Part shown: positions 1 through 8,122 of the stretch, piece after piece
How positions within the stretch are numbered: the stretch's first letter is position 1
Layout of the letters: every line of letters begins with the position of its first letter
IMG/VR virus record: IMGVR_UViG_3300025168_000062
DNA from: an uncultured virus (IMG/VR IMGVR_UViG_3300025168_000062)
Taxonomy: Duplodnaviria > Heunggongvirae > Uroviricota > Caudoviricetes
Direction: 5' to 3' (one strand)
Length of the DNA: 20,000 bases
Translations under genes and position numbers: made by a program
The notes under the pieces: model-generated
What the model was told of the DNA's origin: nothing
The model's input: only the letters and a program-made list of their open reading frames with translations
Databases searched by the model: none

Positions 1-126
1 TGCACCATGACGTAGTAATGCGCTACCTAGCATCTGATATGACTCAACAATCATTTTAGGGATATGCTTGTCGCACATCATACTAGCGGCTTTTCGTGGG
101 TTTTCGTCTAGGACAAAGATGTTCAT
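1..126 (-). CDS. Pyrimidine dimer DNA glycosylase (DenV/endonuclease V)-like phage protein, N-terminal part (runs off window)
   Basis: Manual translation MNIFVLDENPRKAASMMCDKHIPKMIVESYQMLGSALLRHGA matches the MNIFxLDxxPxxAAxxxCDKHxxKMIxESxQML N-terminus common in marine viruses; TATA-like ATTATAAA 29 nt upstream. Confidence 0.75.
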   Translation of the reverse strand, partial: MNIFVLDENPRKAASMMCDKHIPKMIVESYQMLGSALLRHGA

Positions 127-147
127 AACACACCCTAAGCGTGTTTC

Positions 148-155
148 TTTATAAT
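148..155 (-). promoter_or_regulatory. Archaeal TATA box (ATTATAAA) for leaderless gene at 126
   Basis: 29 nt upstream of the ATG; no CTCNNGAG box. Confidence 0.5.
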
Positions 156-661
156 CATTTAGGAAAACGGGTGCATTCTAGGCAGTATTCAAGATGTTCT
201 TCAAAGTATCTTCTCCTACCGCATTTGGTGCATTGTTTTGCACAGGCCGCTTCTTCCTTACTCAGTGCATTGAACGGTAAAGTAAATAGAATGTCGTTAT
301 AATCCCTAATCAATTCAAAATTAACTTCGTATTGTGGAACGCGCCTTCTCCTACCATCACCAGTAGTAATGATAACAGACTTTTCAGAATTAACCTGCGG
401 ATTACGAGATAGTATAGTTCCTAAAGAAATAGGACTAGGGGTGCTTAAGAGATTTAACCTATTCATAAGATGCGTTGTTATTTCCTGTTTGGTAAGTGGT
501 TCATCCACATCCCACAGTATGTTAATCAATTCCCTTCTAATCCTTGCATTATACGCCGCCATTCTTACACCTTTTGTTCTTCTTCCCATATAATAGCCGG
601 TCAATTGCCCTTTTTCTCCTGCTGAACCCCAAGACTTTCTTTTACGCCCATTATATGCCAC
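155..661 (-). CDS. Putative winged-HTH DNA-binding protein with C-terminal Zn ribbon
   Basis: LINILWDVDEPLTKQEITTHL...SLGTILS resembles a wHTH; CTKC...CLEC at the C-terminus; GTG start 31 nt from TATA, alternative ATG at 562. Confidence 0.6.
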   Translation of the reverse strand: MAYNGRKRKSWGSAGEKGQLTGYYMGRRTKGVRMAAYNARIRRELINILWDVDEPLTKQEITTHLMNRLNLLSTPSPISLGTILSRNPQVNSEKSVIITTGDGRRRRVPQYEVNFELIRDYNDILFTLPFNALSKEEAACAKQCTKCGRRRYFEEHLEYCLECTRFPK

Positions 662-684
662 TACCGTATGGGGTGAGGTAATTG

Positions 685-692
685 TTCTTAAA
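685..692 (-). promoter_or_regulatory. Archaeal TATA box (TTTAAGAA)
   Basis: 31 nt upstream of GTG 661. Confidence 0.45.
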
Positions 693-694
693 TG

Positions 695-880
695 TTACTG
701 TTCCAACCACATAGCATAGTCTGCGAGGTCGTCATACTTTTCAGTATCTCTCTTATTCAGATAATTCCGGCTACTAATTTTTGGTTCAAAAATATTGAAA
801 AAAAGGTTTATAAATCTCATAACATAGATTAGCACAAAGATAATCAAAGGAGATAATAGGGCAAGTTGTATCACAACCAT
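695..880 (-). CDS. Small membrane protein
   Basis: Hydrophobic N-terminal helix; overlaps the upstream stop. Confidence 0.6.
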   Translation of the reverse strand: MVVIQLALLSPLIIFVLIYVMRFINLFFNIFEPKISSRNYLNKRDTEKYDDLADYAMWLEQ

Positions 881-1536
881 TCTATCAGCGTCTCCTTAGT
901 TTTCTTTATAGTAGGTGGTGCTTGGTCTATGGTTCTTAACTTATTCCTTACTTCGGGGGCGTTAGCAACAATCATATCTGCATAAACATCGGTAGACCTG
1001 AATCCGAAGGGGATTATTGAATCATCCTTTATTTTCTTCTTAGGCCACGATACACTACTCTGTAATGCCTTCGTGCCAAAGACCAAAGCGGCTTTAGCAT
1101 AATCTTCTTCCATCTGATATCTCGCCATACTTACTATTCTTTGTTCTTCAATCCCCTGCGGTCTATTGACTTTATGGAATGCTTCTGCAAGAGCAAGTGG
1201 GACAGGTTTCATAGCCTTCCATGCCCTGTTTCTATCTGACCACTTCATCATAGCATTGATTGGTGAATTGAAATTATTTTTACCCTTCTTAGCGGAATTA
1301 TGGATTAGTATATTATTACCTTCACGAACACCCTTAATCCCCTTTCTAGGTATCACTACAAGACGATATTGCACCAATTCAGCCCATTCTTTTGCCATAG
1401 ATAGGGGGAATGATTCACAATGTAAAATATAGGTAGTGTCCGGTGCTGTGGGGGGCGATGTCAGTTCACCATACATCAAAATATAGTCTCCGCTCCTAAA
1501 AGAAGCATCATCACCTGCGTAAATTATTACACCCAT
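871..1536 (-). CDS. Hypothetical protein (221 aa)
   Basis: Long ORF in operon, TAATG coupling. Confidence 0.8.
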   Translation of the reverse strand: MGVIIYAGDDASFRSGDYILMYGELTSPPTAPDTTYILHCESFPLSMAKEWAELVQYRLVVIPRKGIKGVREGNNILIHNSAKKGKNNFNSPINAMMKWSDRNRAWKAMKPVPLALAEAFHKVNRPQGIEEQRIVSMARYQMEEDYAKAALVFGTKALQSSVSWPKKKIKDDSIIPFGFRSTDVYADMIVANAPEVRNKLRTIDQAPPTIKKTKETLIEWL

Positions 1537-1811
1537 TATTTCACTCTCCCTACCGGTTGTTGTGGTATTACCCTATGGCCTCCGCATTCGGCACATGATT
1601 CTTTTCCTTCTTTGTGAAATATACTACCGCCACCCTTACATACAGGACATATTATCAATAATCTTGTAATACATATCTTGCATCTTATTTCCCCCGTTGT
1701 AATGTGGTGAATAGTATGCCTAGAGTGTCTCCACTTAGAACATTCAATACAATAACCTTTCCAAGAAAACTCATTCTTCTTCATGTCCTTCTTCATATAC
1801 CCCATCTCCAA
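1536..1811 (-). CDS. Cys-rich Zn-finger protein
   Basis: Four CxxC motifs, including DnaJ-like CPVCKGGG and CAECGG; true start may be a later ATG. Confidence 0.7.
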   Translation of the reverse strand: MEMGYMKKDMKKNEFSWKGYCIECSKWRHSRHTIHHITTGEIRCKICITRLLIICPVCKGGGSIFHKEGKESCAECGGHRVIPQQPVGRVK

Positions 1812-2298
1812 ATCCTATTGTCTTAAACACATAGTCGGGATAGATAGTATGTTCACGGTAATTTGCCTTTGCTTCTAAACTCATTTTATTCCACTCATTA
1901 TCAACAACGTCTGACCACCATCTGATACCATAAGCAAGACGAGGAACTGCAACGCGCATAATATCTAAAGTATGAAAGCAAAAGAATAAATCATGTCGGC
2001 CACCTGTTTCTGGTAGTGGGTGGTCCCTATCTTCCATATCAGGAAGAGTAACTGCGCTTCCTATTAGAAGAACTGGATGCTTACCTCCGCAATTACCAAC
2101 TAATTCTTGTAGCACAGATTCTTTACCATTTTCGAGAATGGTCCCCGGCATTACAGCCACCACAGGATAATCCTCTCGATTTACACCATCAAAAGCATTA
2201 AAGTTCCACTCAACCGCATTATATTCTTCTTCACCGTATTTATCCATATATTCTATCTCCATTTCACTTAGCATATATTCTAGCCATGCCTTATACAT
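1771..2298 (-). CDS. Hypothetical acidic protein
   Basis: ORF in operon. Confidence 0.75.
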   Translation of the reverse strand: MYKAWLEYMLSEMEIEYMDKYGEEEYNAVEWNFNAFDGVNREDYPVVAVMPGTILENGKESVLQELVGNCGGKHPVLLIGSAVTLPDMEDRDHPLPETGGRHDLFFCFHTLDIMRVAVPRLAYGIRWWSDVVDNEWNKMSLEAKANYREHTIYPDYVFKTIGFGDGVYEEGHEEE

Positions 2299-2304
2299 AA
2301 TAAG

Positions 2305-2634
2305 TCAGGCAGGCCAGCCCTTATAAACATAGCGTTGAAAGCGTCTCCATTGATGTTCCGTCAAACCCCATACTTCACGGATAGCAGTAGTTGTTACCTT
2401 ATACTCACCATGATACCATTGATAACCCTCATCATTAAGAACAAACTTAATACCGTCCTCAACCATAAGATTCACAAGTGTTGGGAATACCTCTTTTGGT
2501 ATAGGTTTAGTGGCTAAATGCTTATTTCTCTTACGCCACCTTTCCCTACCAACCTTCGGTAACATATCAGCGATAACATCAATATCAGTATCAAGCGTTT
2601 CAATATCTGCATCAAGAAACTTATATTTCGTCAT
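2305..2634 (-). CDS. Hypothetical protein with possible C-terminal HTH
   Basis: ORF with upstream GAGG; TTTAIREVWGLTEHQWRR is HTH-like. Confidence 0.7.
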   Translation of the reverse strand: MTKYKFLDADIETLDTDIDVIADMLPKVGRERWRKRNKHLATKPIPKEVFPTLVNLMVEDGIKFVLNDEGYQWYHGEYKVTTTAIREVWGLTEHQWRRFQRYVYKGWPA

Positions 2635-3256
2635 CTGTTAATTCCTCATACGATACTTCTATGGCAGGGGCTTTTAATGTTGATACTCTTAATTCCACTT
2701 GGTCTAGTAATTTAGGATGTTCCTTCAATGTATCTACCAAGACATACATTACTTCATCCAATTGACGTTGCGCTAAGAGAAGTTGATTATCAACACCTAT
2801 TTCCTTTTTCAATTGACCTGCTAACTTAAGATAGCCACCTAACTGACCTGTAAGTCTAGTTACATCAGCAATAAAATCACTATCTATGTATGTTTCATCT
2901 CTTTGGGCTTCTAATTCTTCAATCCACGTTGCTAATCTTTGAGCCATATTTTCTGCTAGATTGACAGTATTAATAGTGTCTTGTCTCATGGCTTCGATAA
3001 GCCCTGCTTTTAGTGGGTCATAATCTTCGTGGTCTGCTAAGTGAACATTTACTGAGCCAGGTAGCCAACCATATTTCTGTTCTAAGAAAGAAGCGGTAGT
3101 TTCGCCCCTGTATAATTTCATTTCCAACTCAACTTTATTAAGTGCTTCACACATAGGACAATCGGGAGGCGTAAGAACCCATCTAAGAGCGTCAGCCCAA
3201 TCTCCTTTAGGACCCAAACGCATTAATTTTTCTTCTATCAATTTTCTTGTTTTCAT
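2621..3256 (-). CDS. Zn-binding HTH plus coiled-coil protein (possible terminase small subunit-like or DNA-binding protein)
   Basis: CPMC...HLADH flanking an HTH-like segment, then helical coiled coil; ATGA-coupled to the ATPase gene. Function inferred only. Confidence 0.6.
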   Translation of the reverse strand: MKTRKLIEEKLMRLGPKGDWADALRWVLTPPDCPMCEALNKVELEMKLYRGETTASFLEQKYGWLPGSVNVHLADHEDYDPLKAGLIEAMRQDTINTVNLAENMAQRLATWIEELEAQRDETYIDSDFIADVTRLTGQLGGYLKLAGQLKKEIGVDNQLLLAQRQLDEVMYVLVDTLKEHPKLLDQVELRVSTLKAPAIEVSYEELTDDEI

Positions 3257-4578
3257 TGTTCAACACTACTCCATTCTCCCCATTTTACTTCGGGTTTTGC
3301 TCTTTGTGGGGGTGTATCGTGTCCTATGCGACACATAACACCCTTTCTTCCTCTTCCTTCCTTGACTGTCTTAAACTCTTTATACCATGAGTTTCCTTCT
3401 AATGATTCTTCAATCCATCTTTTTGCTGTTTGATAGTCTCCGTTAGTAACCATTTTGGCAACTTCTTTCACAAGGGTAGACTTGGGCATATCACGATTCC
3501 AAAAGGTTGATTTGATTAACTCCATATCTGCATCCATTACTGTTCTTCTCATCCTAAGTGCATCATCAAGATACTTTCTCAGTTCATCGTTTATTGATAC
3601 TTCAAAGACCGGCATAGGCTTATATGTTTCTTGCATCATCCAATACCCAACCATTAGTCTCCTAAACAAATCTGCTTCCCATGACCTAACGTCTTTATTT
3701 TCTAACCAATCTTGAACATCCTGTCCGAAGCGGACCTGAACAGGGGGATTTAATACTGCCTCTAACTGCCGCTTCATAAAGAACCTTCTTATTACTTCTC
3801 TTAAAGCATTAATCTTAAGTCTTTGGTCGTGTGGCATATTAGCCTGTTTTTGGTTAGCCCTCTTAAATGCCAATTCCTTTTGAGGGTTCATGTCAATATC
3901 AATGATAAAGAACCTTCTGTCAAGACCGGATTCTAATTCAAATCGACCGGGTTGAGTTCCGCCCCATACAGTATATCTTGTTGTATATCTGACCCAACCA
4001 CTTCGCATAGACTTATTTACTCTACCATTATCGGTGGATGTAAGCATTTGATTCATCATATCTGTGCTGTGGTCTTTATTTCCCGCATCCACTAAACTGC
4101 TGAACTCTTCAAATCCTAAGAAGCCACCACACATCTCACGCGCAAGTGGTCGTCCAACAATAATCCCATCTTCATTTACAGACCCAAACATACCGGCTTC
4201 GGTTATACTGTTAGGTCCAATCATAGTTCTAAAACCTTCTCCTTGCCATCCTTTAGGATTCCAAAGCAGACCTGTGCCTTGTGCTAAGAATGTGTCGATT
4301 AAGATTGACTTACCCGAACCTTTCATACCTCTCATTAGTATATGTAGGCGTGTGTCAGCCGCTCTTGCTCCGGGTGTATAGAATGGGGCATTAGGGTGTC
4401 TCATAGGGCAGGGTTCGATTACGAACTCTTCACCTTCTGTAAAATCACAAGTAGCACACTTGTTCAAAGTATTAAATATATGCGAGCCAACAGAAGCAAT
4501 AAATATCGGTATCTTATCTTCTAGGTCTATCAGATAATTCAAATCGCAGTAGTTTTGTGTTGCCTTAAATATATTCAT
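3253..4578 (-). CDS. MCM-family-like AAA+ ATPase / putative replicative helicase
   Basis: Walker A GMKGSGKS; SITEAGMFGS helix-2-insert region; Walker B GFLGFEEF; presensor-1 hairpin and sensor-1 TVWGGTQP; Arg finger LDRRF; GGTGA RBS. Confidence 0.75.
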   Translation of the reverse strand: MNIFKATQNYCDLNYLIDLEDKIPIFIASVGSHIFNTLNKCATCDFTEGEEFVIEPCPMRHPNAPFYTPGARAADTRLHILMRGMKGSGKSILIDTFLAQGTGLLWNPKGWQGEGFRTMIGPNSITEAGMFGSVNEDGIIVGRPLAREMCGGFLGFEEFSSLVDAGNKDHSTDMMNQMLTSTDNGRVNKSMRSGWVRYTTRYTVWGGTQPGRFELESGLDRRFFIIDIDMNPQKELAFKRANQKQANMPHDQRLKINALREVIRRFFMKRQLEAVLNPPVQVRFGQDVQDWLENKDVRSWEADLFRRLMVGYWMMQETYKPMPVFEVSINDELRKYLDDALRMRRTVMDADMELIKSTFWNRDMPKSTLVKEVAKMVTNGDYQTAKRWIEESLEGNSWYKEFKTVKEGRGRKGVMCRIGHDTPPQRAKPEVKWGEWSSVEQ

Positions 4579-4702
4579 TTGCTCACCATCGGTAAGCCAC
4601 TTTCCTTTTTTTCCAATCTTTTTAGTCTCTTATTTTCGCGTTTGCGTGTGGGCTTATGGTTAGCACACACCCCATTTAGTATTAAACCTTTGGATGGAAA
4701 TT

Positions 4703-4917
4703 AATTCTTTTTATTATTTCTGTAGCCTACAAAAAGAATAAAACGCTATACTACGCCCCTGTTTTAACTATTCTTTTATTACCCTTAGTAGGTATTTACT
4801 TACTACATACCGTGTAGAGTAGATATATACCCTACACGAAATAACATATATACAGAGTTTCGATGCACTGCGCCCCTGTTAATCTTTCAGTAGCAAATAA
4901 AAAGAATAAAAAGAATT
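4703..4917. repeat. AT-rich repeat cluster, candidate replication origin
   Basis: Terminal 13-bp inverted repeat AATTCTTTTTATT (4703-4715 / 4905-4917); further copies of the core at 4731-4743, 4769-4780, 4896-4904; direct repeat CGCCCCTGTT (4754-4763, 4871-4880); central inverted repeat CGTGTAG/CTACACG (4811-4838). Confidence 0.6.
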
Positions 4918-4922
4918 GAACT

Positions 4923-5327
4923 CTAAAGCCTTTTTTTCCTATTTTCTTTCCAATTTGAATAAGGTGCTCTTGTAATTGTTTTTTGTTTCCAATCATTTTT
5001 AGGGTCATGCCTAATACAATAACCTTCGTTTTTCTCTAAATCTAACTTATAAGTCGCTAAACCCTTACAAGGTTTGCCTTTGACCGTTGTTCCTTTACAT
5101 TGTGGGCGTATATTAGGGTCCTTAACACATTTACCACACAAACCCAACGGTGTTTTTACTCTCGAACTAGGTTTTTTATTAGGCTTAACAACACACCCAC
5201 AACCTCTACAATAGTCTTGGTGTATTCTATGAGTAACTTTCATAGGTTTTATTTTATTTTCTCTTATGTGTTCGTTTAATACTTTTCTGCTTCTCATACT
5301 AATCCTTCCAACAGGCTTGCATCTCAT
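4923..5327 (-). CDS. Basic Zn-finger protein (DUF5763-like CxGxTxxGxPC...YCxxH motif)
   Basis: CRGC, CGKC, CKGTTVKGKPCK...YCIRH. Confidence 0.65.
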   Translation of the reverse strand: MRCKPVGRISMRSRKVLNEHIRENKIKPMKVTHRIHQDYCRGCGCVVKPNKKPSSRVKTPLGLCGKCVKDPNIRPQCKGTTVKGKPCKGLATYKLDLEKNEGYCIRHDPKNDWKQKTITRAPYSNWKENRKKRL

Positions 5328-5736
5328 AACCGTTAAACCACAACTCGGGGCTTACGGGATGACTACCGCCTTCTAATAATATAACATCTAAATCACCACT
5401 ATTCTTAAGAGCAATTCTTAACCTTTCTATAAACCAATCAATACCTAAGTCAAAGCCTTCTTTAACAAAGTCATGCGGCATAGCGACTCCATGCGCTGAA
5501 ACCCCTAAAAACATACCTATCTTAGTATATCCCCTAAGCATTATGTTTCTATCTAATTCTTTAGACCACAAAACAAGACAAGCCTCATTGACCGTTTTGT
5601 ATTCACTACCTAACGAGTAATTAAAGTATAATTGTTTCGCCTCTAATTTGTTAGGTTTTACACAACCATTCCATTTGAAATTAAAGGGAATTGATGTAGT
5701 AAGTGGTCTAGGGCTAAAATCCCCGCGTCTAAGCAT
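5299..5736 (-). CDS. Hypothetical protein, leaderless
   Basis: TATA-like CTATAAGT begins 30 nt upstream of the ATG. Confidence 0.7.
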   Translation of the reverse strand: MLRRGDFSPRPLTTSIPFNFKWNGCVKPNKLEAKQLYFNYSLGSEYKTVNEACLVLWSKELDRNIMLRGYTKIGMFLGVSAHGVAMPHDFVKEGFDLGIDWFIERLRIALKNSGDLDVILLEGGSHPVSPELWFNGYEMQACWKD

Positions 5737-5768
5737 ATAATTGATGCTAAACCTATTTACTTATAGTC

Positions 5769-5963
5769 TTATTCATAGTCTATTGGTCGCCATTCTGTGT
5801 TTTCACAATCGTCGAGAAAATGTAAGGCGTCTCTTTTTAGGCAATTAGGACAAAAATCTGGTCTAAACTCTGTTATAAGATAAAATTGGTCATAACAGTT
5901 GATACATTCCCAAAGAGTTATAGGTATTTCCTCTTCAATTTCGTCTGTGTTGTATCTACTCGT
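5769..5963 (-). CDS. Zn-ribbon small protein lacking a canonical start (ACG start or degraded gene)
   Basis: Frame reads TSRYNTDEIEEEIPITLWECINCYDQFYLITEFRPDFCPNCLKRDALHFLDDCENTEWRPIDYE*; no in-frame ATG/GTG/TTG. Confidence 0.55.
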   Translation of the reverse strand, partial: TSRYNTDEIEEEIPITLWECINCYDQFYLITEFRPDFCPNCLKRDALHFLDDCENTEWRPIDYE

Positions 5964-6096
5964 GAGAATGCCCCAAGTGGTCCTTTTTAGCCTTATTCTT
6001 AATAAGAGTTTGGTCGCCTTGTTTACTCGACAGGTCGCTATAAAAATTGCTCAAGAACTCTACCGAAATCCACCTACAATAGAGAGAAGAAATGTT

Positions 6097-6324
6097 TCAT
6101 TCCTCTTCCTCTACCGGAAATAATTGTTCAGCCCAAAACTCGAATACAACCCAATTAAGACCTTGCTCAGCATCGTGATGTCGTTCTGCCTGTCTCAAAA
6201 CAGCCATACATTGGTCATCATCTAAGTCCGGTCTTATCGACTTTACGTCGTCTGTATGCCAGAGCACTATTATGCTATTCTTGTCGTTCCAGTGTATGTT
6301 GTCGTATAACTCATTAATTTTCAT
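6097..6324 (-). CDS. Conserved phage hypothetical protein
   Basis: IIVLWHTDDV...RPDLDDDQCMAVL...HDAEQGLNW motif that I recognise from phage hypotheticals; start moved to the ATG overlapping the upstream stop. Confidence 0.75.
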   Translation of the reverse strand: MKINELYDNIHWNDKNSIIVLWHTDDVKSIRPDLDDDQCMAVLRQAERHHDAEQGLNWVVFEFWAEQLFPVEEEE

Positions 6325-6601
6325 CAAACTCGCTCCATTCTTTTTCTGTGAATACGACAACATTACCTAGAGGGTGTTTCTTACCTCCAACATAACTCGG
6401 ATGTTGGAAGCAAAGAGGATTCATAGGCAGACCTTTTAGTATCGCTTCCTCATTTACTAAGGCATTTTCTCCTGTGCTGAGTATCATGTGAGTCACCCAC
6501 CCACCGACTGCTGTTTGGAAATCTCTCATACACAAATACTCCATAGTGCCTAAGTCTTGCTCTACGCCAGTCCATCTCAATAATTTAACCACTCGAATCA
6601 A
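6314..6601 (-). CDS. DUF3846-like protein
   Basis: FQTAVGGWV...LVNEEAILKGLPMNP...GNVVV pattern; start uncertain. Confidence 0.65.
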   Translation of the reverse strand: MIRVVKLLRWTGVEQDLGTMEYLCMRDFQTAVGGWVTHMILSTGENALVNEEAILKGLPMNPLCFQHPSYVGGKKHPLGNVVVFTEKEWSEFDEN

Positions 6602-7217
6602 CCCTCATACCATTACCACACTCAGGACACTTATACTCGTTATAACAATTACCGAGTCTGTTATGCACACTTAAGTCGCATTTACCTTGCTCTGCAAATT
6701 GAGTGCATCCAAAGTAATATAACTCGCATTCACTAGGTCTATAACCTAATACCATAATAACTCCACCTTCTGCTCCATACCACTTACATAATACTCTTTT
6801 AGAAGTTTTGTGTGAGTTGCTACCCCATACTTTATCCCACCAGAGATATAGTATATCATGCTCTTTATCGCCCCAAAGTCGCCAAAGTCTTGCCTCTTCA
6901 TCACTACCTTTTTCTGCAAGTGTCACTCTTTTCTCATCTATATTAGCAAAATTAAGGAGATTATAGTATCTCGCATTTTTATGCAACTCCCAATCAAAAT
7001 CTTCTCCCGTATTCATAATACGCTCCGAAGCGGCCACACTTCTCGCCATTCTTTTGATAGGGTCAACATCATAATCAAGTCTTTCTCTTTCGCTCAGATA
7101 TGCTTTCTCAGTCATTTCGTGCATAGACCTACTATTAGGTGGACCAGCAAAAAGGTCTACCGGCCACATATCATAGTATTTTGGATTTGAGATAGTCTCA
7201 TACCCCATTATTACCAC
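6585..7217 (-). CDS. Hypothetical protein with C-terminal Zn ribbon
   Basis: H...GNCYNEYKCPECG...VDSSG ending; start probably 7205. Confidence 0.75.
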   Translation of the reverse strand: MVIMGYETISNPKYYDMWPVDLFAGPPNSRSMHEMTEKAYLSERERLDYDVDPIKRMARSVAASERIMNTGEDFDWELHKNARYYNLLNFANIDEKRVTLAEKGSDEEARLWRLWGDKEHDILYLWWDKVWGSNSHKTSKRVLCKWYGAEGGVIMVLGYRPSECELYYFGCTQFAEQGKCDLSVHNRLGNCYNEYKCPECGNGMRVDSSG

Positions 7218-7431
7218 CTCTTGAAATAAAAGACCTCAATCTATCTGCGACATCTTTTAGATGAGCCAACTGGACTTTCATACCTCTAATAGCGTCAATA
7301 ATCTCTTCATCAGTAAAAGGCTCAGCATCCTCTAAAAACATCTGGTCTTTTGAGACATAATCCCCTACTTCTTCGTGGACCAAGTGCTTGAACTCTTCAG
7401 AATCTACATGACCAAAAAATATCTTTTCCAT
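7198..7431 (-). CDS. Hypothetical protein
   Basis: Abuts the upstream stop. Confidence 0.7.
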   Translation of the reverse strand: MEKIFFGHVDSEEFKHLVHEEVGDYVSKDQMFLEDAEPFTDEEIIDAIRGMKVQLAHLKDVADRLRSFISRGGNNGV

Positions 7432-7677
7432 TTACTCTTCCTCCTCTTCTTCATCTCCACAATGTTCTCTTAAACTATCCCAATCAATAGTCGTAAAATC
7501 TATTAGGTCTGTGTAAAAGTGGGCTGTTGAGCCATACTCCTTCTTCATCATATCAAGGAACTCATCTTCTATCATTTCCTCTAGATAATCCACATCACTC
7601 GCAGTCTCAGGGTTATACCATAAATTGACGAGCCATGTTGCCCTATTTCTCCAACCATTTACTTCTCTATTACACAT
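7432..7677 (-). CDS. Conserved phage hypothetical (NGWxNxxTWxVNLW family)
   Basis: NGWRNRATWLVNLW motif; GGAG RBS. Confidence 0.75.
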   Translation of the reverse strand: MCNREVNGWRNRATWLVNLWYNPETASDVDYLEEMIEDEFLDMMKKEYGSTAHFYTDLIDFTTIDWDSLREHCGDEEEEEE

Positions 7678-7691
7678 ATTAAATCTCCGTT

Positions 7692-7772
7692 TAGTGCAAG
7701 AGGACTAAGGCTTTGGAGAATACCGGAAAGAATGTCTCTATGGAATGAATGCGCCTCAGCCCCCTTACACTA
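7692..7772 (-). ncRNA. Structured 5' leader / small RNA: 20-bp stem with 41-nt AUUC-repeat loop
   Basis: 7753-7772 pairs with 7692-7711 without bulges; all 4 non-Watson-Crick positions are G-U on the minus strand; begins at the predicted transcription start. Confidence 0.65.
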
Positions 7773-7789
7773 CTTCTAAAAGTTAATAG

Positions 7790-7814
7790 TATATAAATAG
7801 TTCTATCTCTTGAG
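7790..7814 (-). promoter_or_regulatory. CTCNNGAG-N9-TATA promoter
   Basis: CTCAAGAG ATAGAACTA TTTATATA. Confidence 0.85.
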
Positions 7815-7839
7815 TTACCGCAGAAACTCTACCGTATAT

Positions 7840-7995
7840 CTATAATTCTTTTGCTGTCGTCTCAAACAAATTATGAGCGGCACATGATACGCACTCGGGA
7901 TGATTACACACTCTGAATAAGATAGGTTGGTAGACACCATCCTCAAAAGCAACAGGTCTAACATTACAATAGTCGCATACTTCCTCAGAAATCAT
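7840..7995 (-). CDS. Small Zn-finger protein (51 aa)
   Basis: MISEEVCDYC...VCNHPECVSC...; ATGA-coupled. Confidence 0.7.
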   Translation of the reverse strand: MISEEVCDYCNVRPVAFEDGVYQPILFRVCNHPECVSCAAHNLFETTAKEL

Positions 7996-8063
7996 TTCTC
8001 TTCCTCTTTTCTTTCGTCAGGTCGAGGCCAATACGGTTCTGTCCAGTCGGGAATAGGTCTCAT
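7992..8063 (-). CDS. Microprotein (23 aa)
   Basis: MRPIPDWTEPYWPRPDERKEEEK; ATGA overlaps at both ends; GGAGG RBS. Confidence 0.6.
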   Translation of the reverse strand: MRPIPDWTEPYWPRPDERKEEEK

Positions 8064-8122
8064 TCTTCTTCCTCCGTTGGGAGTATCATGTTAATTATAT
8101 CTCTTCCTGTTATTGGGCTCAT
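8060..8122 (-). CDS. Microprotein (20 aa)
   Basis: MSPITGRDIINMILPTEEEE; ATGA overlaps at both ends; GGAGG RBS. Confidence 0.55.
   Translation of the reverse strand: MSPITGRDIINMILPTEEEE

Noticed and set aside
4575..4670. Basic 31-codon GTG ORF coupled to the MCM-like start
   Set aside because: Its start lies too close to the TATA-like box (~4679-4686) to be within the transcript; more likely 5' UTR
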